From Piedraia hortae CBS 480.64 (lineage: Eukaryota): a DNA stretch of 64,000 bases. The stretch lies in contig MU005978.1 in NCBI GenBank assembly GCA_010093745.1, forward strand, positions 62,001 to 126,000. Direction: 5' to 3'. A model generated the notes under the pieces. It was given only the letters and a program-made list of their open reading frames with translations. It made no database searches and was not told the origin of the DNA. Made by a program: the position numbers and the translations under genes. Below are positions 35,421 through 44,798 of this stretch, piece by piece; position 1 is the first letter of the stretch, and the number at the start of each line of letters is the position of its first letter.

Positions 35421-36731
35421 TCAGATTATTGCCGGCCAGATGCCTTCGCCCCGTCTTTCGTAAACTATGGCCATGATCTCCTGCATCTGGGGACTGTCAT
35501 CCTCGAAGCAAATGACGCTGAGGTTCGGCGTGTGGTCTCGTAGGATTTTGTCAATGGCGCCCACCAGAGCACGCTCGCTAGTATCTTCTACAGTTACTCT
35601 TCCGAGGCGGAGGCAGCGTAGAGCGGGAAAGACAGGAGCCATTTCATCGACAAAAGAACTAAGATCAAAGGTTCCATCGATCCAGCATGCTCGGAGATTT
35701 TGACAGCTTCTGCCGAGATGTGCAAGGACTTTGGGGTTGATGCAGTAGTCGGCGTAGAGAGTGAAATCGATTAGCTTTGGCTTCGTTCGGAATAAATTTA
35801 TCCAGTCATCATCTCCAACACGGAAGACACTCGTGCCGATTTGATCGTTCATTGCTGCAGAATAAAACACAAGCGAGTGGAGACTGGTCAGGGTCTTGAG
35901 AAACGCAAAGGCTTCCTGATCTACAACGGGGTTGGGGCCGCCTATTAGCTCGTTAACAGTTATTTCCAGATGTTGGAGGTCTGAAACTGTGCTTATGGCT
36001 TCAAAAAGCCGCGATGATGGCCTGGAAAGCCTGACTCTGAGTGAAGTTATGCCACTCCTCGTTTTGCGGAGTGTTGACATGTCGATGCCGGCAAAGGTTT
36101 TGAGGCTGTCAAACCCCTGGATCAGCTTTCCATGAAGACAGGGGCAGACAATAAGTCGCCGAAAGTCTTTGCGGCTGACGAACGACTCAAGGACGTTTTC
36201 CAGTACATAGTCATGAGGAAAGCAGGATCTGCTGATGTCCAGTTCCTTCAAATATTTGAACCGCTCGAACAAGCCGGAGACCATGTCGTAGCTCCACATT
36301 CGGCCAGACATGCCCAAGCCTAGCAGTGATTCAGGGAAGATATCGAATGCAGAACCAGGGCAATCTGCGATTGTGGCAACAGAACCGCGTTTGTCCGTCC
36401 ATTGAAGGACAAGATACAGGAGCCTCAGACGTGAAAAAGTCAACTTCTTGGTTTTCTGGCACCAGTCACTCGAAGGCGTTATGTGAAGAGAGCGAATCCT
36501 CTCTGCGTAGAACTGCCGGCGTCGGGGCGTGACAGACAAAAGCCTCTGGCCCTCAGCTTCCTGCCAACGCACGTCTGTACCTGCGGCCGCCCAGGTTCTG
36601 CAGACGCAGATAAACGCAACCAGCGCATTTTCATCGTCCTTTAGAAGCCCAGCAATCTGCAAAAGAAGCTCCGTTGGGAGAAGCAGGGTGCTTCGCTGAG
36701 AAGCGTACAGACGTCCACTTCGTAGTTGCAT
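35421..36731 (-). CDS. F-box / RNI-like leucine-rich repeat protein (about 436 aa)
   Basis: Probable start MQLRSGR at 36731. F-box-like LPTELLLQIAGLL...FICVCRTW followed by LxxLxL repeats (LKELDI, LQHLEI, LTSLHSL, LRCLRL). Confidence 0.75.
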   Translation of the reverse strand: MQLRSGRLYASQRSTLLLPTELLLQIAGLLKDDENALVAFICVCRTWAAAGTDVRWQEAEGQRLLSVTPRRRQFYAERIRSLHITPSSDWCQKTKKLTFSRLRLLYLVLQWTDKRGSVATIADCPGSAFDIFPESLLGLGMSGRMWSYDMVSGLFERFKYLKELDISRSCFPHDYVLENVLESFVSRKDFRRLIVCPCLHGKLIQGFDSLKTFAGIDMSTLRKTRSGITSLRVRLSRPSSRLFEAISTVSDLQHLEITVNELIGGPNPVVDQEAFAFLKTLTSLHSLVFYSAAMNDQIGTSVFRVGDDDWINLFRTKPKLIDFTLYADYCINPKVLAHLGRSCQNLRACWIDGTFDLSSFVDEMAPVFPALRCLRLGRVTVEDTSERALVGAIDKILRDHTPNLSVICFEDDSPQMQEIMAIVYERRGEGIWPAII

Positions 36732-36948
36732 GTTGTGGTTAAAAGGAGAATTTACATAGTTCTGGGGTCGGAAACAACTGGTGAGGTGAATCGTTCGGGC
36801 CGTTCCAGCCACACCTACTGTGGGTCCACACGTGCGCAATGTTCGCGTGGGGGGTTTTTTTTTTGGCATGATCCACCTGATATCAAAGGCTGCGTTGAAG
36901 CAAACACATTAGTAGCGTTTCTGCAAATATGTGGCACCAAGTCCTTTT

Positions 36949-37256
36949 TCATCCTCCCACATTATCCATAACCTTTTCATTTATTCTCGCGACTTTCTCC
37001 TCAATTTCACTCCTCTGTCTCACCAGCCCAGCTTTAAAATCTTCCAACTTCCGAATTTTCTCTGCAACACTGGTTTGAGCGTATTCTTCACGCTCCTGCC
37101 CAATTCGGTATTAGCATTTGATTGATAGCGTGTCCTTCAAGTTTCAATACCAACCTTCGCCTTCTCCTCCCTGATCTTTAATCCTGCGCCATACCACGCA
37201 CCGGTGACCGTAATCGCCGCGCAACAAACGGTAAGGAGCAACGGTCTCCCTGACAT
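36949..37256 (-). CDS. Small conserved fungal protein (82 aa; TM plus coiled coil)
   Basis: complement(join(36949..37095,37155..37256)), intron GTTGGT...GCTAAT...CAG. MSGRPLLLTVCCAAITVTGAWYGAGLKIREEKAK^EREEYAQTSVAEKIRKLEDFK... Confidence 0.7.
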
Positions 37257-37371
37257 TTGCGTGATGCCTACCGTTGCAAAGCGTTGGTGGAGCCGATAAA
37301 GCCAGTTGCGGGTCGTCCCGTTGCCCCACCTGGATTCGCTAACCGCATTCCATCTACAAGACACGGCAGCC

Positions 37372-37793
37372 ATGGCGGATTATCCCCCACCAGGGCGTTC
37401 GCAGTCAATTTCTCGCTCTCGAATGTCTGCTTTCCCATCAGGCGCCTCTGGCTCCGCTTCTGTAACGATGACGTCGCACGTCAGCAAAGCGCGCCAGCTA
37501 TCCCATTTGCAAGCGCAACTCGCCCAATTGACGGCGAATATGTCCGACTTGGAGAACCTAGTTCGTATGACATCCGTTCAAGCAGAGAGTATGCGTGCGT
37601 TGGGCGGGTATGTCGGTGCGCTGTACGTTGTTCCCCACCCTTTTCCGTCTGGAACGACAGTGTACTGATCCTTTACAGATTCATGGCGTCGTCTAAAGTT
37701 CTGGGAGAGGATACCATGGGGAGCAACAACGCCAATAGCAGCAATGTAAGAGCTGAGAAAGACAGCGACGATGATAATGACGGGGGAATATAA
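37372..37793 (+). CDS. HSK3: DASH/Dam1 complex subunit Hsk3 (about 121 aa)
   Basis: join(37372..37622,37679..37793). KARQLSHLQAQLAQLTANMSDLENLVRMTSVQAESMRALGGYVGAL^FMASSKVL. Confidence 0.85.
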
Positions 37794-38107
37794 AGTAGAA
37801 TGGAGGTCTTTCAGTTTGAGAACCGATTGACGAGCATCAATGCCACCATGGAAGAGGTTACAGGTGTGGGACAGTCTCTATGGCCAAACCATTCGAGTCG
37901 GCTCTGATGGCAACGTCAATGAAACGGCAAGCTGCAACGATAACTCAAATGAGCGACATCTACCGAGTCCGCCTAAAGGATCTTAGCACATTGGTTGGGT
38001 CTGGCTGAGAAGGATAGACATGATGGCATGATTCATAGGAATGGACTAGTGCTGAAGCTATGTAGGGCCAGGCACGCCGCCGCCAGTGCTGCTACCATCT
38101 CAAGCGT

Positions 38108-38718
38108 CTAGTTCCTGTTGAGGGCATCCTCGGTGCCGCGCTGGAGAGCCTGGAATGAAATTAGTGCGACTTTCGACACGGATTGTCTGTTCTTACCTTG
38201 CCATGGTCGTGAATGCTCTGGTACTCAGACTGCTTGTCACGGTCGCCAGTAAAACCTGCAGCGGCCCCACCAAGCGCACCTTTGGCACGATCGCTAATTC
38301 CAGAGCCGAGATCAGACAGCTCTCCGCTAGCCTGCTTGGATTGACCTTCGGTGCGTTGCTGCTGACCCTGACCCTTCAAGCCATCCGCGCCAACGAGGCC
38401 GCCAATGGATTCCTTCGCCGAGCCGATCGTTTGGTCCCACGAACCCTCCTGACGCTTGGGATCTTCCTTGGCAACACCGGTAGGGCCAACAGAAAAGCCG
38501 CCAATCGAGGTGCCGGCATGGGAAGCCTGGTCCTTGAGATTGCCCTAATGACCGCGTCAGCATTTCCACCTATCAGTGTGGCCATGACTTACCTCATGCT
38601 GCTTGTTGGCTCCCTCGTTCTTGTCGGCAGTGCTGCCCGTGACGCTGCCCAAAGCGCTCTGAGCCATACCACTGGCCTTGTCGACAACAGACTGAAGGGT
38701 AGAGGTGTTATCGGACAT
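38108..38718 (-). CDS. CsbD-like / Hmp1-like hydrophilic stress protein (about 171 aa)
   Basis: complement(join(38108..38149,38197..38544,38593..38718)). GSWDQTIGSAKESIGGLVGADGLKGQG motif; canonical introns of 47 and 48 nt. Confidence 0.82.
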
Positions 38719-39739
38719 GTTGACTGATATATCGATGGATGTGTTGTACGGAGTTTGATGGGTGTGGAATGGAAGAGTAAGGAGGCAACATAGACCTTTT
38801 TCTCCAACAAGCTACCCCGCTGATGTCACTGGACCCTGTGCTTACGCCGCAATTGCGTGCGTGAATGATGACATCAGTCTCACACTGAAAATTCTCTGCA
38901 GCCAGCCACTGAAACGGGTCATTGAGGTAGTGACAGATGCCAACAGCAGATCAAGTGAATGAGTGCCAAAATATATCTCATGCTTGAACCTGATCGGAAG
39001 AGGCTAACCACGAACACTCGCTCTTCGTGATGCACACAAGGTGTCTTGCTTAAATGAACGCTCAGTCCATGAATTTGGCTTTTAAAAGAGGTTAGCCAAA
39101 CAATGACAGGTGAAAAGGGCCGAGACATTGTTCACTACGAGACCATGTCCGATATTCGCGTGTCATGCACTGATAATGGTTGCTCATACCACTGATCAAG
39201 TGTCATCTCCAAGTCATTGGCGCGCAAGATGTCCTGACATGTCATGCAAACTGAAGCGCCCAGCTACTATGACGATTGCGACAGGAGAAAACTGCTTTAG
39301 GCGAATCAGGTCCATAATCAGACAGCTTCGTTTGCTACCATAAGTTGTCATTCTTGAGAAGAAAACCGATAACATGTTTGTTATATCCAAGTCTCAGGGG
39401 TCTTGCCAAGAACACTGCAGGATTTGGGAACATAGCCTCGGTCATGAGCTCCATACGTTTGCACAAAATCCAAACACCCACCCTTGCGTGCCCATTCGAG
39501 ATGCTAACATGACGTGGAGGTCATCAAAATGCCTCTGGTAGTCTTTTGATCCCACATTCAAGAGGTCACTCCTCATATCGTTCTTATCACCTACAGATAC
39601 ATACTCCCGCATGTGCAAGGTCTTTGAAAGTTCCAAAAATGGAACTACACATACGAAGAGTTCTACATCGTTGTAGAATACAGAGTCTCGTCCATTTGGT
39701 CTAAGTTAGGAGCTGTGGCCACAGTGGGTCCACATATTT

Positions 39740-40107
39740 TGTTGGCATGAAGTTCGTTGCTATTAGTGTACGATGCCACTGCACGACACTTCTTACACCA
39801 GTAGCTGCACCCTGGATTTTGTCCTCACAGAGGATTCCCTCAGGGTCATGTCGCATGCGACATGGTAAATGCCTCTGCTACTGTTTGAGGTGAGTCATGG
39901 AGTAAGACTGCATACTGACGGTCTTACTGCACGTATGACCACTTACTTACGGTCAAACGATTGATGACTCTTCATACAAGGCTACGCACTGACCTTCCGG
40001 CCCAGAATATATTCTCTGATTCCCGCTCGTAGATTCACTTGTATTCACTTGTACACACACCTCTACTCTCCATCCATCATTCTCACTCGCACATACCATC
40101 TGTTTCA
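39740..40107 (+). mobile_element. Solo LTR, family D copy 2 (368 bp)
   Basis: TGTTGG...TTTCA, homologous to 29053..29428. Confidence 0.8.
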
Positions 40108-41039
40108 GGTGCCATGTTTGCGACGAAGTAGTGCGTGGCATTCGCGGAAAGCACAAAGAAGAGGGAAAAGGCCCCATAACACATCCGAGGCTCTTACTGC
40201 ACCGCCGAGAGTCTCGGCGCAGAAACACCATACACACTTCATCTGAGTTGTCTTCCAGGTTAGAATCATCGCCAACTTGTGTTGATTCAAAGTCTCCACA
40301 TGCCTCATCGTTGCTTAATAACTCGATGAGTCTTGGTATGGCGACTGTATGGTGGCCTCTCCCTGGAGTCAAGACGCTTGCACTCGTCAGTCGTTCTCGC
40401 GCAGCATCCTTTCAGGGCCTAGAGAATGGCATCTATCCGGTTGTGCAATGACCCTAGCCTCTGGATGCCAGCAGGACGTAGGAAGCGCAGCAGAATTTCC
40501 AGCATTTTTACCTCAAAGAGGATATTCTCCCGAGACATCAAGTGGCGCTGTGGTGTGGTCCATGCAAGTACGACCGTGTCGTATATCTAGCTGGTTCCTG
40601 AACTAAACAATATATCATCTCGACCACGATCGCGCCGATGGTTATTTACGGCCCAGTCCTTTACGGCAATTTTCTCATGTAAGACTGCGCTCCTGACGGG
40701 AACGCAGCAACTTGCTCAATCCACCTTATTCCCGGCATCTTTGAGAGTTCCCTCGCGGAAGCGCTATTTTAACGTGCCGCACGACCAAAAACCGCGCTCT
40801 TGAGCGTCGAGCTGCGCCGTTATATGCCATTACTCTCAAACCGATGATGTAGAGCGTTAGTGTATAATCGATACGCATGTCGGAAAAGAAGGGTTCGCCA
40901 AATAAACTGCAACAGGTGCGCGCGCGAGCCGTGCTTGGCGACTCGGAAGACCCGTCTTGTCGGGCCACGATAGTGCAAAGTTTAAACTGCAAGAGTCACG
41001 GGTGTCACCTTCAGTGGAATTTTAGGTAGTGCAAAAACC
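40108..41039 (-). pseudogene. Gene relic, unidentified repeated family F
   Basis: About 930 bp aligning in reverse complement to about 62190..63105, e.g. CCSLFGEPFFSDMRID vs CCSFLDETLFSDTRND and shared cttgactccagggagagg. Confidence 0.7.
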
Positions 41040-41281
41040 TGTTGGAAGGTAGTTGTTGCGTAGCGTAATCGTTCTGAAGATTGATTTTTTACAAAGTTAT
41101 ATTTTCTGATGTTCAGCAGCGAGCTTATATACAAGTAGCTTCTTAGCTCAGAAAGTCTCGAATATCACTCCATTGCCCCACTGTCCTCTTTATTATTATC
41201 TTTGAGCATTTTGCTATGCAGGATTTTTCTTTGTATAGTCTTTGTTATCAGGCCGAGGTATGGCACTGATACTTCTCAGCA
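41040..41281 (+). mobile_element. Solo LTR, family E (242 bp)
   Basis: TGTTGG...TCAGCA with an internal TATA-like CTTATATAC. Reverse complement of 8269..8509. Confidence 0.75.
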
Positions 41282-41802
41282 TGTTTCAATCGCATTAAAG
41301 TCACAACGTGACTCCCTTTTGTTTTCCACTGTTTACCCATCCTCTTTTCGCGTCCATTGCATGATCGGCAGTTGGGGCCAATAGAACGACTGGCTCCGCT
41401 GCAAGGAAGGTGGTGATATTGGTGGGCGAGTCATTTCACGGGGCAGACCGTTGAATAAGTAGTGGAAGCCTTACTTGTTGCTTAACTGTTATAAAGAAAT
41501 TCTAGACCTCATCTTGACCTGAGACCTTTAAGACGTGAAGTCTGGGCCAAAAGTCATGTCAAACTGTGTGTGTGTATGTGACTACGTGCAAAGAGAGTAC
41601 GCTGGGAATATGCCCCGCAGACCCACAGAACCATACCACAGCCACGTGACCCGACACCTCACCTCCAGCCCATACCGTAGTTAGCTCTTCCGTAAGGCAC
41701 AACACAATTGTAAGATAGCGGAGTCCGCTTCGTGACAGTTTGTGCCTTTTTTCAACGCACCCCGCTGCAGTTGGTGAGCATAGCGCTCCCGCTCCGGCTT
41801 GG

Positions 41803-42160
41803 TGTAGCGATTGGACTCCCGTGGGCAAGAGTGCGCGGCGGCCCGAAGGACGAAGCGATAGACGGACACAGGGACAGGACAGATGCAGATGGATATGAGT
41901 CAATACCAGTTTCAATATGACAGTGTGAATGACTATATATCTCTATGAGGGGACGTCAGAATAAATATTCCGTACCGGTGGGCCGGTGACATCACGTCGT
42001 ACACTAGCAAGGCGCATTTACCATGTCACATATGACATGATCCTGAGGGAAAACCTCTGTGAGGGAAAAACCTAGGGTGCAGCTGGTAGTGTAGGAGGTA
42101 TCGCTGACTTAATATGCAAGTACCCCGCATACGCGCTAGCGGTGATGCTTAAATCCAACA
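41803..42160 (-). mobile_element. Solo LTR, family A copy 4
   Basis: TGTAG...CCAACA, colinear with 12326..12685. No TSD. Confidence 0.9.
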
Positions 42161-43330
42161 TGCGTGTCCTTCCCATTGGTGATGGCCTCGGTACTAATGG
42201 TGTTGGTGGGGGCAAAGGAGGTCGGAAGAATGGGCGGAAGGGTTGTCGGAAAGGTGGGCGCAAAGGCGAGGGGATATGTGGGCGGGGGAGCTGCCCCGTC
42301 CTGGACTGAGACGACAAGTGCAGGCTCTCAAGGACGCAGTAAACTTGTCCGCGGATCCCCATGAGGGCTTTCTGTCTGTGGTGCCAGAGTACCTCAACAG
42401 GCTGTCCATGTCCGTTGGTGGGATACTCATATCCATTACGCGAAGAAAGACGTCCTGAACTTGGACCATATAGTCTTTATAGTTGGTGGCTGCGCTGCTG
42501 ACGGACGAGATCTCGTAAAACTCGGCGTAAAACTAGCAGGATCGGTTCTTCGTGGTCATAGCCTCGAGCCTAAAGATCTCCCCGAAGCCCTGTAGGTAAG
42601 AAAGGATAACCTTACAGAGGTTATCCGGAAAGCCAGTCGAGTCGTCAGCGCCCATGACGTATATCGAGACATGCCAGGATAGGGGGACAAGCCCAAAGAG
42701 CTAGCACCACCGATGACATGGCAACTAACATCTTCTCACTCTGCATAATCGCAGAGGGAGGCTGCCCAGTTGCAGCCCTCACTGAGCGCCTTCACCTCGC
42801 AGACCACCACTCCGGCGTCGAGTAAGTGGTCAAAGCAGATAATGGAGGAGTGAATTCTGCTTTTATCCTCAAACAGTTTGTAGCCAACCATGCGGCTCAC
42901 GGGCTTCAACTGTCATCAGGATTAGCATTTTTGCAAAGTTTGACAAGAAGAGTACTCACTGCATTCGTTAGCTCGGAGAGCTTCTCCTCAGAGTACTTGT
43001 CAGGGCCAAGGCGGTTTGCCTCGAGCTTCAAGAAATGGGAGATGCCAACAGTCGAACAGCCGCTACGGGAGCTGCTCGTATTTGATACAGATTATGGGAA
43101 AATGGAGAATCTAACGGGTTCAACGAACTACCCGACCAATTGGATTTGGCACTGTCAGGCAAGATCAAGGTCTTCTTGGAGTTCTCGCTAATATATCGTC
43201 AATGTCTGTCTTCGGGCTCATCCAGTAGCCCTGGGCTTACGAAATACAAGGTCCCTCAGGGTAGCGACATGCCGGGCGCAAGTTCCCGGCGACGACTTTG
43301 GCGTAAGTCGTCAAAGGCGTGATGGATGAA
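42161..43330 (-). pseudogene. Probable Mei2-like RRM protein pseudogene, 3'-truncated by LTR A4
   Basis: Spliced relic with intron 42959..42910 (GTGAGT...GCTAAT...CAG). RRM1-like SHFLKLE...IICFDHLLDAGVVVCEV and RRM2-like VILSYLQGFGEIFRLE...FYAEFYEISSVSSA. In-frame stops and a frameshift. Confidence 0.5.
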
Positions 43331-43425
43331 AGATTTCTGAGAGAGAGGTTGAGTAACGAGGTGTATAAGAAGGATCACTGTGGTGGAATCTTGCCAGGAT
43401 AATGAGAAGAAGGAAGGTGTTGAAG

Positions 43426-43478
43426 GAAGAGGAAGAGTAAGAGGAAGAGGAAGAGGAAGAGGAAGAGGAAGAAAGAGA
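43426..43478. repeat. (GAAGAG)n purine tract, CT-rich on the minus strand
   Basis: Direct inspection. Lies where a fungal CT-rich core promoter or 5' UTR of the minus-strand relic would be. Confidence 0.85.
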
Positions 43479-43500
43479 GCAGTTTAACAAGCCAATAAGA

Positions 43501-43785
43501 GTCGCGTTAAACTAGGGCTGAAGGTAAGTAATGAGCTCCACTGAGCGCGTAGAAGTTCAAGTTTTAGCACCACCGTAGGACGCGTTGAAACGAAGTTCAA
43601 ATTATAAACACCAGACGCGCAGGAGGTAAAGTTTTAGCATCGTCACAACACGCGTCGAACGGAGTAGAGAACGTCAGCTGGCGCGCAGAAAACGAAATTT
43701 TGGCACCGCTTAAACTTTACTCAAGCCGCATTGCATACACTAAGGTCGCGTTCAATAATGGAACAACGTAGCTTTGGCGCGAAAT
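43501..43785. promoter_or_regulatory. Phased CGCG / MCB-like (ACGCGT) site array
   Basis: CGCG at 43503, 43546, 43581, 43616, 43651, 43682, 43747 and 43778. Perfect ACGCGT at 43580 and 43650; CGCGAAA at 43778. Confidence 0.5.
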
Positions 43786-44798
43786 TGGTGGAATGGACTT
43801 TCTACACGCCTTAAGGGTGTGGATGTCTTCAATAACAATTCTAAATGGAAGAATTCTAGCTTTTTGGGTGGCACCGAAAGGATAGAAAGTAGAAACCTAG
43901 GTTTGCGTGATGCTTGATGCACGCTGCATGCCGATTTCCAAGCCGACTCCCAAAGATTAACCTATGGGATCAAAGTCTCTGCAACTGCATCGATCTTGAG
44001 ATCCTTGCTTCATTGCAAACGACCATGAAGCGGTGGACGGGTATTTTGTTTCGCCGACATAGTTCCAACTACTTAACCTCATGTCCCCCACGCATTACCC
44101 AAATAATAGATCCTGCCCAGTTTGAGAAACCTGCAACAGTTACTGTCTGGGAAAGAGTTTGGAAGGACGTAAAGGTGGGTTGGGCTGCCTGTTCCCAGGC
44201 AAACGAGAGCTGGGAGATGATGCTCTTTGCAGTCTGGCTCCGCTCAAGTCTTGTGATGTATTATCAGAAATGGCCGCCGCGCTGCAGCGTGTGAACATTA
44301 GATTTCCAGCTTGACGGCCTGGACTGCGTAGATTCACGTACTGGTACAGAACATGAAAAAACCAAATCAACATGACAAATTCCCATAGGTACGGGGAATT
44401 TAGCCTTTTGGCGAATCATGACGCCTGGCCCACCGTCATGATTTTGAAATCTCCAAAGCAGCTTTCCTGCTCGCTAGTTCACATACCCCGCTGACGGGTT
44501 GGAGTGTAGTGGTTGTGTTTGAGACAAAATCCCATGAATACCCCCCGTGGAGCTTCCCAAAGGCCAGCTGTTGTGCTCATGCAACTTTACCCTCAACACC
44601 TACCCAACTCCACCCCGGAAAAAAAACCCATCCTTCCACCCAAAACCAGTCCAAGGAACACACAAAATCACAGCTCACTGATATACAACAAAGAATTACC
44701 TTAACACCATCCACGCTACACACAAAAAATTACATCCCCCTTGCCCAAAAACCCCCCAAACCCCACCCTCCCAAGAAAAGAAAATCGCAAAAGGGTAT

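Noticed and set aside
43501..43785. CRISPR-like regular spacing
   Set aside because: Eukaryotic context, the conserved core is only 4-6 bp, the spacers resemble each other and there are no cas genes.
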